From assembly GCA_964369115.1 (NCBI GenBank), contig CAYJED010000005.1:2237-66236 (forward strand): a stretch of DNA of 64,000 bases. The letters run 5' to 3'. Positions 17,723 through 26,608 of this stretch are shown here, piece by piece. This stretch comes from an uncultured Candidatus Saccharibacteria bacterium (GTDB taxonomy: Bacteria; Patescibacteriota; Minisyncoccia; Phycocordibacterales; UBA5272). The translations under genes were made by a program, and so were the position numbers. Position 1 is the stretch's first letter. Each line of letters opens with the position of its first letter. The notes beneath the pieces were generated by a model. The model worked only from the letters and a program-made list of their open reading frames with translations. It had not been told where the DNA came from and did not search any database.

Positions 17723-18550
17723 TTAGTAGTCACGAAGCTTGAAATCATACATTCTGCGGTAAAGTACAGCCCAAAGACGTATATACATAATCCTATACCC
17801 CTCACTACTTGGGTGAAGTCCGTCATGAGAGAAAAAATTATCTGGACATCTTTCATCTTCTAGGAAAATTGGCACTGCTTCAATATTAAAATCTCTTGAA
17901 ACTCTCATAAAGATTTGATTAATTTTATTTGTTCTGTAAAGAATAATTGGTCGAACAATGAGAGGGAAGACTGGGCCTGAGGCAATGTTGTTATAAATAA
18001 TAACCACCACATTATTCCCTGCAATGTTTTTTGCACGTGCAAGTAGTTCTCGAAGAGAGTTTTCAATAGCATCCATTTTTGTCATTTTCCAGGTATCGTT
18101 TCCTCCTGTACTAATAATAACTAAGTTATATTTTGCTTTCTCAATTTCTGCCTTTTCGACTTGTTTAAGTGCATCTTTGGTGACAGAGCCATTTACTGCA
18201 TAATTATCAACCTGCACCTGAGGAAAGTCATGAGCAAATCTTCCTGTTAAAGTATCTTCAAGTTTGTCTGCCCCTGTTCCGTATGCTGTACTATCTCCTA
18301 ACACGAGGATTCTTTTATCTTTCCCTTCATTTAATATTCGAGGTCTTTCTGTGGCAATTTTTGCTAAATTTCTATTACGTTTTCCGTTTTCGATCATTTT
18401 ATTTATGCTCTCCAAAGAAGAAAGAAGAAGTAAAAATGGAACAATAAGCCCATAAACAATAGTTTGATTGGTGTGGAAAAAAGAGAAAAAAGCCTCTACG
18501 GCATCAAGGAAATTTTCGTTGCTAAAAATAGCATAAATAATATTTTCCAT
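17723..18550 (-). CDS. SGNH/GDSL-family hydrolase with N-terminal TM anchor
   Basis: Block I ILVLGDSTAYGTGA (GDS) and block V DGLHPSSEGY (DxxH). Confidence 0.6.
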   Translation of the reverse strand: MENIIYAIFSNENFLDAVEAFFSFFHTNQTIVYGLIVPFLLLLSSLESINKMIENGKRNRNLAKIATERPRILNEGKDKRILVLGDSTAYGTGADKLEDTLTGRFAHDFPQVQVDNYAVNGSVTKDALKQVEKAEIEKAKYNLVIISTGGNDTWKMTKMDAIENSLRELLARAKNIAGNNVVVIIYNNIASGPVFPLIVRPIILYRTNKINQIFMRVSRDFNIEAVPIFLEDERCPDNFFSHDGLHPSSEGYRIMYIRLWAVLYRRMYDFKLRDY

Positions 18551-18680
18551 TTTAATCTTTTAAAGAGTTTGTAAGATAGAGTATATCCTATTCAAAAACC
18601 TTATTTTTATTAGGGGTATGGGGATAGTGGTCACTTTTTTACGACGCTACGCGGTACTATTACAGTAAGAAGATGTCAAA

Positions 18681-20273
18681 ATGTCTTTATTTTTAACAAA
18701 AAAGAAGATCGTCATTGGCGCCCTTATATTTTTATTTTTTGGGGCGGTTGTTTCGTTTGCTGTGTTTTTTTCGAATGATAAAAACGAAGTTTTTTTAGTT
18801 AAGTCTCAGTCTATGACGGAAGAGGTTGTTGCAACAGGCAGAGTTGAAGGTTTAACAAGTGCATCTTTTGGTTTTAAAAATGGAGGTAAGGTGACTTCGC
18901 TTTTGGTAAGCGTTGGGGATACTGTTAAAAAAGGACAAGAGCTTCTTTTTCAGGATACAAGTGCTCTTGATTCACAGATAGCAGAACTTGATGCAGCCAT
19001 TAGAGTGGAACGTGCGCGCCTTAGTCAGTTGCGGGCAGGGTCTTCTTTAGAAGAGATTGAAATAGTTTCTTCAAATGTTGAAGGGGCAGGGGTTGCTTTA
19101 GAGAGCGCAGAAACAAATCTTACGATTGCTAAACAAGCTGTTGTTGACGCTCTTAAAAGTACGTATACAATTGCTGAAGATGGGGTTAAAAATAAGGCCG
19201 ACAAACTCTTTACTAACCCTAACTCAAATGATCCACGACTTTTATTTCAGTCCTCTAATTTCCTACTTGGAAATGAATTAGAGGCAATGAGGGTTGGTGT
19301 GGGCAAGGAACTAAAAGAGCTTAGTAAAGAAGTCTCTGGTCTCAGTGTTGATTCAGATCTCAGTGGAAAGATAACCGCAATAAGAAAAAGGGTTGAGGCT
19401 GTGAAGGTTTTTTTGGAAAAGACTTCTCAATACACTGTTTCCGTTGAGGCTCTTCCTTCGGCACTGCTTCAGACTTCTTTTGAGGTAACGAAAGCTGAGC
19501 TCACACAAGCAAAAAATGCAATTAACTCTTCTCTTTCTCAGATCACTCAAGCTCAGGCAACGTTTACACAAACAACATCCGTTAAAGCTTCCGCAAAAAC
19601 AACTCTCACTACAGTTAATAGGCAGCTTGAGCAAGTTAAAGCCTCTGCACGAGGGACTGACGTTGCTGTGTACCAAGCTCAGCTTGAGCAAGCTATGGCA
19701 GCAAAAAGAAAAGTAGAAACTTTGCGTAGTGACTTTGTTATCACCGCTCCTTTTGATGGGGTTATTACAGATGTTCCTATAAAGCTAGGTGAAGTTGCAC
19801 AGGGTGGTGTTCCTGCTGTTTCGATTCTTTCATATGAAAAATTACAAATAAAGGCAAATATTGTTGAGCATAATATAGTTAGAGTGCGCATTGGTCAGCA
19901 AGTGTTCTTTACCCTTGATGCAATGCCTTCTAAAAAGTTTAAAGGTAAGGTTATCGCAATTGATCCTGCAGAAAAAGAAATCAATAATACCATTTATTAT
20001 AAAGCAACAATTGATCTTGAAGAGAAGGTTGAATTTTTGCGCCCAGGAATGACAGCAAATGTTTTTATTGTTGCTTCTCAGCTAGAAGATATTATTGCTG
20101 TTCCTGCAGCGAGTATTTTTGAGCGAGAAGGGGTTCGGTATGTGAAGGTATTACGCGGCAAAGATGAAGAAGAAAGAGTTGTCACTGTTGGAATTTATGA
20201 TAGAGAAGGAATGGTGCAGATAATCGAAGGTCTTCAGTCAAACGAAATAATTGCCCTTTCCCCAACATTATGA
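18681..20273 (+). CDS. HlyD-family periplasmic adaptor (membrane fusion protein) of a MacAB-like efflux system
   Basis: N-terminal TM, a long coiled-coil middle region, and a C-terminal beta-barrel-like segment ...VITAPFDGVITDVPIKLGEV... Confidence 0.55.
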   Translation: MSLFLTKKKIVIGALIFLFFGAVVSFAVFFSNDKNEVFLVKSQSMTEEVVATGRVEGLTSASFGFKNGGKVTSLLVSVGDTVKKGQELLFQDTSALDSQIAELDAAIRVERARLSQLRAGSSLEEIEIVSSNVEGAGVALESAETNLTIAKQAVVDALKSTYTIAEDGVKNKADKLFTNPNSNDPRLLFQSSNFLLGNELEAMRVGVGKELKELSKEVSGLSVDSDLSGKITAIRKRVEAVKVFLEKTSQYTVSVEALPSALLQTSFEVTKAELTQAKNAINSSLSQITQAQATFTQTTSVKASAKTTLTTVNRQLEQVKASARGTDVAVYQAQLEQAMAAKRKVETLRSDFVITAPFDGVITDVPIKLGEVAQGGVPAVSILSYEKLQIKANIVEHNIVRVRIGQQVFFTLDAMPSKKFKGKVIAIDPAEKEINNTIYYKATIDLEEKVEFLRPGMTANVFIVASQLEDIIAVPAASIFEREGVRYVKVLRGKDEEERVVTVGIYDREGMVQIIEGLQSNEIIALSPTL

Positions 20274-21502
20274 GTCTTCATGATCTTAACGCTGCGCTTT
20301 TCATAGCTTATAAGACAATTGTAAAAGGTAACAAGTCAGTAACTATTCTTCTCATTACTGTTCTCAGCCTTGTTTTTTTTAACCTTATTTTTATAAAAGC
20401 ATTTCTTACTGGTTTTTCTGAAGGTGTTCTCCAATCGATGATAGACACCAGCACTGCGCATATTATTCTTTCACCAGAAGAGAAGCCTATTCAAAAAAGT
20501 TTTATACCAAATCAAGAAAAATTACGTAATCAAATTGAAACAATTCCAGGTGTCGTAGGCACACTAAGACATTATTCTGTCGGAGGGACCATTTCTTTTG
20601 ATAAAAATAAAACAGGATCAGTAAAGTATGTTTCTGCGCCAATTTTAGGTTTTAATCAGAAAGAAGAAAAGACAATTATGGGCGTACATAAAGTTATACG
20701 ATCAGGCACGTTTCCTGACATACTTAACGATGACGAGATTTTAATCGGTGCAAGTTTGGCTGGTGATTATGAAAACAGTGTTCAAGGTTCTGATTTGGGG
20801 GGCGTGCGCGCAGGTGACAAAGTTACTGTTCATTATGTGAACGGAGTTAATAAAATTTATACCGTACGAGGTATTTTTGAAGTAACAATAGGTTTTACAG
20901 GTAGTAGTGCTTTTATTTCTGACAAAGAAGCAGAGCGTATTCTTTCCGTATTTGATCAATCTTCAGAAATTTTGGTGCGTGTTGATCTTACAAAATATCC
21001 AATTGAATCGTATGTAAGACGTATACAAACTATTGCCCCACAACTAAAAATAGAGATATATAAAGACCGCCTTGCTGCAGTGGGTAGTCTTATTGATGCT
21101 TTTAATGTTATAGCGCTCATTATTGTTATTGTAAGCATTCTTGTTTCTGCTGCTACCATTTTTATAATGATTTATATTAATGCGCTTAGCAAGAAAAGAC
21201 ATATTGGAATTTTAAAAGCGATTGGTATTAAAAATGAAAGTATCGAGTTATCGTATATGTTGCAAGCTGTTTTTTTTTCACTTCTTGCCACAATAACCGG
21301 AAGCGTATTTTTTGTAGGAATTGTTCGTCCTTACATGGAAGCGAATCCAATCAAGATGCCGTATGGAGACGCTCTTCTTATTGTTGCTCCACAAGAAATT
21401 ATTATTTACGCAGTTTTACTTATTGGGGCTTCTTTATTTGCGGGAATGTTTTCTTCTCGAGTTATTGCAAGAAAGCCAATAGTTGAAAATATTTGGAAAT
21501 AG
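20270..21502 (+). CDS. ABC transporter permease (FtsX/MacB-type)
   Basis: N-terminal TM, a large periplasmic domain, and a C-terminal FtsX-like 3-TM bundle. Its start overlaps the upstream adaptor stop, indicating translational coupling. Confidence 0.55.
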   Translation: MSLHDLNAALFIAYKTIVKGNKSVTILLITVLSLVFFNLIFIKAFLTGFSEGVLQSMIDTSTAHIILSPEEKPIQKSFIPNQEKLRNQIETIPGVVGTLRHYSVGGTISFDKNKTGSVKYVSAPILGFNQKEEKTIMGVHKVIRSGTFPDILNDDEILIGASLAGDYENSVQGSDLGGVRAGDKVTVHYVNGVNKIYTVRGIFEVTIGFTGSSAFISDKEAERILSVFDQSSEILVRVDLTKYPIESYVRRIQTIAPQLKIEIYKDRLAAVGSLIDAFNVIALIIVIVSILVSAATIFIMIYINALSKKRHIGILKAIGIKNESIELSYMLQAVFFSLLATITGSVFFVGIVRPYMEANPIKMPYGDALLIVAPQEIIIYAVLLIGASLFAGMFSSRVIARKPIVENIWK

Positions 21503-22223
21503 TAATTATATGATTCATGTACGTAATCTAAAAAAAATATATGGAGAGGAGGGGGAGTCTCTGGTAAAAGCTCTTAACGATGTTTTTTTTACTATTAAAG
21601 ATGGAGAATTTATTGGACTTATGGGGAGAAGTGGTTCAGGTAAATCAACTCTGCTTCATCACTTAGGTCTTCTCGATACTCAAACTGAAGGAACTATTAT
21701 TATTGACGGTTTCGACACCACACTTCTTTCCGAGGATGAAAAAACACTTTTTCGACTTACTAAGCTTGGATATGTTTTTCAAGAGTATGGGCTTATTCCT
21801 GAATTTTCTGCATTAGAAAATGTATGCTTCCCTGCTCTTTCTCTTGGAAACATGGAGGCAACTTCTCGTGGCGAAGAATTACTTAGGTATGTTGGTTTAG
21901 GTGACAGAATACATTATTACCCTCATGAGCTTTCTGGTGGACAGCAGCAACGTGTGGCAATCGCCCGAGCTCTTATTAATGACCCTGCAATTATTTTTGC
22001 TGACGAACCTACTGCTAACCTAGATAGTCTTGGCACTGAAATGGTTCTCGCCCTCTTTAAAAAACTACATGAAGATTTTGGTAAAACCATTGTAATGGTA
22101 ACGCACGAAGAAAGTGATCGCCACTTGGTGGACAGGGTTCTTTTTATGAAAGACGGCTTTATTGTGAGTGATACACGCAAAGAAGATGTTGCAACAAGTA
22201 AGAGTAAAGTGTTGCGCTCTTAA
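21483..22223 (+). CDS. ABC transporter ATP-binding protein (MacB/LolD-like)
   Basis: Walker A GRSGSGKST, signature LSGGQQQRVAIARAL, Walker B IIFADEPT. Confidence 0.8.
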   Translation: MKIFGNSNYMIHVRNLKKIYGEEGESLVKALNDVFFTIKDGEFIGLMGRSGSGKSTLLHHLGLLDTQTEGTIIIDGFDTTLLSEDEKTLFRLTKLGYVFQEYGLIPEFSALENVCFPALSLGNMEATSRGEELLRYVGLGDRIHYYPHELSGGQQQRVAIARALINDPAIIFADEPTANLDSLGTEMVLALFKKLHEDFGKTIVMVTHEESDRHLVDRVLFMKDGFIVSDTRKEDVATSKSKVLRS

Positions 22224-22261
22224 GAGGGTTTGCAGGAGTGTGTAATTTTGCTAATATTACT

Positions 22262-22470
22262 GTATAAGCGCCGACGAGAGTAATCGCCTCTGAGCTTCTT
22301 CGGGAAGAACGTTTGCAAAAACTAGTAGAACCCATTCTAAATAAGCCCGACCTCAGTTTTACATTTCTAAAATCAAAACTAAGACCGGGGAATCAAGGTG
22401 GTACCACGATATACATCGTCCTTGGAAAATATGTAGCTACTACATATTTTCTAAGGACGATTTTTATTTG
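22262..22470 (+). promoter_or_regulatory. T-box riboswitch leader of ileS (candidate Ile specifier AUC, antiterminator/terminator switch)
   Basis: T-box-like sequence aatcaaGGTGGTACCacg (compare AGGGUGGNACCGCG) with a 7-nt bulge UGGUACC. It is flanked by helix A1 (caagg/ccttg) and A2 (acgat-atac-atcgt). A competing long terminator follows (tcgtccttgg...aaggacga + ttttt) ending ~20 nt before the ileS ATG. Stem-I-like agagtAATCgcctctga contains AUC. Confidence 0.55.
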
Positions 22471-22487
22471 CAATTTTTATACACATT

Positions 22488-25400
22488 ATGACAAATCCTC
22501 ATCAACAAAAAACCGTAAACGAAAAAGAACAAGAGACACTTCTCTTCTGGCAAGAAAATAACATTTTTGAGAAGTCTATAGTAAATCCAGGAGGTGAAAA
22601 ACCTTTAGGTGACTTTTCTTTTTATGATGGACCTCCTTTTGCGACAGGGCTTCCTCACTATGGTCATATTCTGGCGGGTACCATTAAAGATGCTGTGCCA
22701 CGCTATCAGACGATGAAGGGTAATAGTGTTCGTCGTGTATGGGGATGGGACTGTCACGGTCTTCCAATAGAAAACCTTATTGAGAAAAAATTAGGACTTG
22801 CAAGCAAAAAAGACATTGAAGATTTTGGTATTGATAAGTTTAATAAAGATGCGTATGAAAGCGTGCTTCAGTATGAAAAAGAGTGGCAGAGTATCGTGCC
22901 TCGACTAGGAAGATGGATAGATATGGATCATCCGTATAAGACAATGGATGCAACGTATACAGAAAGTATTTGGTGGGCTTGGAAAACGTTGTATAAAAAG
23001 AAACTTGCCTATGAGGGTAATAAAATGATGCATATCTGCCCACGTTGCGAAACACCGCTTGCACAGTCAGAAGTTGGTCTTGAATACCATGATGTTACCG
23101 ATCTCTCTGTGACGGCCAAATTTGAGCTCGTGGATGAGCCTGGTACATTTGTGCTTGCTTGGACAACTACCCCATGGACACTTCCTGGAAATACCGCGCT
23201 TGCAATTAATAGGGAGATTGTCTATGTGAAAGTGAAAGCTTTTAAAAGGCTTCCTCTTGCGGAAGCTGTTGACGTTAATAATAGCGGTTATGCTGGCAAT
23301 GGTGACCCTGAATTTTACATTCTTGCAAAAACTCAATTTGAGGAATATAAAAATCACTCAGAAAAAGATTTTGCTATTTTTAAAATAGAAGAAGAATTTA
23401 CAGGAGAAAAACTTGAGGGCAAAACATATCACCCTGTATTTTCATATTTCAAAGATACTCACACTGACTATAAAGAAAAGATTTGGAAAATTTGGCATGC
23501 AGATTTTATTACTGATGATACGGGAACTGGTATTGCACACGAGGCGCCAGCATTTGGTGCTGAGGATATGGAACTCGCAAAGCTTCACAATATCCCGGTG
23601 ATTAAACATGTAAAGATGGATGGAACATTTATTGACGCCGTCACCGATTTTGCTGGAAAGAAAGTAAAACAAAAAGATGACACTCAGTCAGCGGACATCG
23701 AAATCATTAAGTGGCTTGCTCATAACGGTAAACTTTTTGAGAAACATAAAATTATTCACTCATACCCACTTTGTTGGCGATGTAAAACGCCGTTACTCAA
23801 CTATGCGACAAGTAGTTGGTTTGTTGATGTTCCGTCTATAAAAGATACACTCATTTCAGAAAATAAAGCTATTGGATGGACACCGTCTCATACTCGTGAC
23901 GGGCGTTTCGGTAAATGGCTAGAAGGTGCTCGTGAATGGGCGGTTTCACGCACAAGATATTGGGGCGCACCACTTCCTGTTTGGAAAAATGCTTCAGGAA
24001 CTGAAGTGAAGGTTATTGGGTCACTTAAAGAACTTGTAGAGAATTCATTTTCACAACCTAAAAATACGTACTATGTGATGCGTCACGGTGAGGCTCACAG
24101 TAATGTAAAAGGGGTAATGGACAAAGGAACAGATGTTCATAATCATCTTACCGAAAAGGGGGTAACGCAGGTGGAAGTGTCAGCAAAGAATTTACATGAC
24201 AAGGGAATTGATATGATACTTGCTTCTCCTGTTGTGCGAGGAAGAGAAACGGCAGAGATTGTCAGTAAAGAACTTGGTCTTTCCGTTTCATTTGATGAGC
24301 GACTCAAGGAATATGATATGGGTATCTACGATGGTAAAACTCGTGAGGAATTCTTCGCTCAATTTGATAGTTCTTTTGTAGAATACGATGCTCGTCCAGA
24401 AGGAGGAGAGACACATAGAGAGATGATGCATCGTATGATGGCTCTTGTGCACGAGCTTGAGAATACCTACGAAGGTAAAACTATACTCCTTGTTACCCAC
24501 GGAGGACCTGCTCGTATGGTATTTGCTGGCGCATCACTTCTTACCGAAGAAGAAGTTGTGACAGATGATGTTCATAATGGAGCAACTCTTTATCCGACAA
24601 ATGCAGAAGTGCGCCATCTTCCACTTCATATTGTTCCTCGTGACGAAACTGGAGCTGTTAATCTCCATCGTCCGTACATTGATCAGGTGGTGCTTAAAGA
24701 TAACACAGGTGCACCGATGCATCGTATCGTGGACGTATTTGATTGTTGGTTTGAGTCAGGGTCTATGCCATTTGCTCAGCTGCACTATCCATTTGAAAAT
24801 AAAGAACTCTTCGATAAAAATTACCCAGCACAGTTTATTGCTGAAGGGCTTGATCAGACACGAGGGTGGTTTTATTCCCTCATTAATCTTGGTGTGGGTC
24901 TTTTTGGAAAAGCTCCATATGAGCATGTTATTGTAAACGGCCTTGTTCTCGCATCTTCTGGCGTAAAACTTTCTAAGAGTGAAAAAAATTACACTGACCC
25001 AATGCTTCTTGTAGAAAAGTATGGAGCAGACGCTATGCGCTATGCGCTCCTCTCCTCTCCTGTGGTAAAAGGGGAAAACCTTCAATTTGATGATGAACTT
25101 ATTGCTGACGTGTATAAGAAATGTATTTTACGTCTTGAAAATGTGCTTACCTTGTATCAGATGAATGCACCTGAAGCGGTTACTCCTTCAACAACATCTG
25201 ACAATGTTCTTGATCAATGGATGATCTCAAGAGTGCATGAGCTTATTACCGCTTCTACAGAAGGGTATGATGCATATCTTCTTGATGATGCAACTCGTGG
25301 AATTGGGGAAATTATTGATGATCTCTCTGTGTGGTATACACGCAGATCACGTGAACGTCTTAAAGGGGATATGGGCGAAGAAGAAAAAATAAAAGCATAC

Positions 25401-26003
25401 GAAACTCTTTCATATGTACTCCTTACACTTACTAAAGTAATGGCCCCAGTAATGCCATTTATTGCGGAACGAGTGTACAAGGACCTTAATGGTAAAAAAG
25501 AATCGGTACATCTTGAAAAGTGGCCAGAGATATCTTCTGTAGATACCGCTCTTCTTAAAAAAATGAAGAATACACGTAAAGTTGCCTCGCTTGCACTTAT
25601 GGAGCGCAACAAAGCAAAAATTGGTGTTCGTCAGCCTCTTACGTCTATAACAACAGGATTTATATTTAACGAACTATATACAGACATTATTGCAGATGAA
25701 GTAAACGTAAAACAAGTTATTGAAGATACAACTCTCGGAGAAGACGAAGTGAAGCTTGATACCGTCATTACTGAAGAACTTCAAAAAGAAGGAGATGTGC
25801 GTAACTTAATGCGTGCTATTCAAGATCTCCGTAAAGAGAAAGGGGTTGCGTACACAGATATAGTTCACGTTGTTTCTGATCATGAAATTATCCTTAATCC
25901 GCAAGTTGCTCCGGCGTGTAAAGTTATAGCTTCAGTTGAAAATACTGTAAACGGAACAGAAGTTGAACTTTCTTTTGGAAAAGTAATTGTTTCACTTAAG
26001 TAA
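22488..26003 (+). CDS. ileS: Isoleucine--tRNA ligase, type 2 (eukaryote-like), with an inserted histidine-phosphatase-like domain
   Basis: PFATGLPHYGHILAGTIKD (HIGH), WDCHGLPIE, editing CP1 domain, KLSKS, and FDCWFESGSMPFAQ. An insertion between ~aa 521 and 715 carries the histidine-phosphatase motifs MRHGEAHSN and LVTHGG. Confidence 0.9.
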   Translation: MTNPHQQKTVNEKEQETLLFWQENNIFEKSIVNPGGEKPLGDFSFYDGPPFATGLPHYGHILAGTIKDAVPRYQTMKGNSVRRVWGWDCHGLPIENLIEKKLGLASKKDIEDFGIDKFNKDAYESVLQYEKEWQSIVPRLGRWIDMDHPYKTMDATYTESIWWAWKTLYKKKLAYEGNKMMHICPRCETPLAQSEVGLEYHDVTDLSVTAKFELVDEPGTFVLAWTTTPWTLPGNTALAINREIVYVKVKAFKRLPLAEAVDVNNSGYAGNGDPEFYILAKTQFEEYKNHSEKDFAIFKIEEEFTGEKLEGKTYHPVFSYFKDTHTDYKEKIWKIWHADFITDDTGTGIAHEAPAFGAEDMELAKLHNIPVIKHVKMDGTFIDAVTDFAGKKVKQKDDTQSADIEIIKWLAHNGKLFEKHKIIHSYPLCWRCKTPLLNYATSSWFVDVPSIKDTLISENKAIGWTPSHTRDGRFGKWLEGAREWAVSRTRYWGAPLPVWKNASGTEVKVIGSLKELVENSFSQPKNTYYVMRHGEAHSNVKGVMDKGTDVHNHLTEKGVTQVEVSAKNLHDKGIDMILASPVVRGRETAEIVSKELGLSVSFDERLKEYDMGIYDGKTREEFFAQFDSSFVEYDARPEGGETHREMMHRMMALVHELENTYEGKTILLVTHGGPARMVFAGASLLTEEEVVTDDVHNGATLYPTNAEVRHLPLHIVPRDETGAVNLHRPYIDQVVLKDNTGAPMHRIVDVFDCWFESGSMPFAQLHYPFENKELFDKNYPAQFIAEGLDQTRGWFYSLINLGVGLFGKAPYEHVIVNGLVLASSGVKLSKSEKNYTDPMLLVEKYGADAMRYALLSSPVVKGENLQFDDELIADVYKKCILRLENVLTLYQMNAPEAVTPSTTSDNVLDQWMISRVHELITASTEGYDAYLLDDATRGIGEIIDDLSVWYTRRSRERLKGDMGEEEKIKAYETLSYVLLTLTKVMAPVMPFIAERVYKDLNGKKESVHLEKWPEISSVDTALLKKMKNTRKVASLALMERNKAKIGVRQPLTSITTGFIFNELYTDIIADEVNVKQVIEDTTLGEDEVKLDTVITEELQKEGDVRNLMRAIQDLRKEKGVAYTDIVHVVSDHEIILNPQVAPACKVIASVENTVNGTEVELSFGKVIVSLK

Positions 26004-26015
26004 ATATAACCAGTA

Positions 26016-26570
26016 ATGGCTATTGAAAAATACGTCACAAGAGCGATTATCCTTGATGTTTATGATCAAGGTGAGCATGATCGTGCATATAAAGCATTTA
26101 CGAGAGATTTTGGACTTATTATATGTCATGCAAAAAGTATCAGAAAACTTGAAAGTAAGTTACGACCCCATGTACTTCCTCGTTCAGTAACAACGCTTAC
26201 CTTAGTAAAAGGGCGTGAAGTATGGCGTATTGTTGGTGCAGAAAAAGAAAATAGAGATTGCTCTTTTGTTCATGAAACAACGCTTCTCCTTGGTCGTTTT
26301 ATTAGAGGGGAAGGAGCACATAAGAATCTCTACGACAAAGTTGATGCATTCTTACATTCAAAAGACGGGTTTGAGGAGAGATATGCTCGCCTCCTTTTGT
26401 ATTACATTCTTCTTGTTGAGCTTGGGTACGTTGACATAGAGGTTGCTCATATTGAAGGTGTTGCTGCATATAAAAAAATGACGTTACCAGAACTTTATAC
26501 TCATATTATTTTAAGTGAGCAACATGTCCGTAGACATATCAATGATGTTCTCAAGGAAATGCAGCTGTAA
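26016..26570 (+). CDS. recO: Short RecO-like DNA repair protein
   Basis: N-terminal OB-fold pattern RAIILDVYDQGEHDRAYKAFTRDFGLIICHAKSIRKLESKLRPHVLP...LTLVKGREVWRIVGAE is similar to the RecO N-terminus. It is shorter than typical RecO and has no obvious zinc finger. Confidence 0.45.
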   Translation: MAIEKYVTRAIILDVYDQGEHDRAYKAFTRDFGLIICHAKSIRKLESKLRPHVLPRSVTTLTLVKGREVWRIVGAEKENRDCSFVHETTLLLGRFIRGEGAHKNLYDKVDAFLHSKDGFEERYARLLLYYILLVELGYVDIEVAHIEGVAAYKKMTLPELYTHIILSEQHVRRHINDVLKEMQL

Positions 26571-26608
26571 GTAAAAAGAGTTTAATGTTCTGGTGGTATA
26601 CTAAGTAG

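Noticed and set aside
22313-22561. 82-aa plus-strand ORF overlapping the ileS leader and start
   Set aside because: It covers the T-box and terminator structure and is out of frame with ileS.
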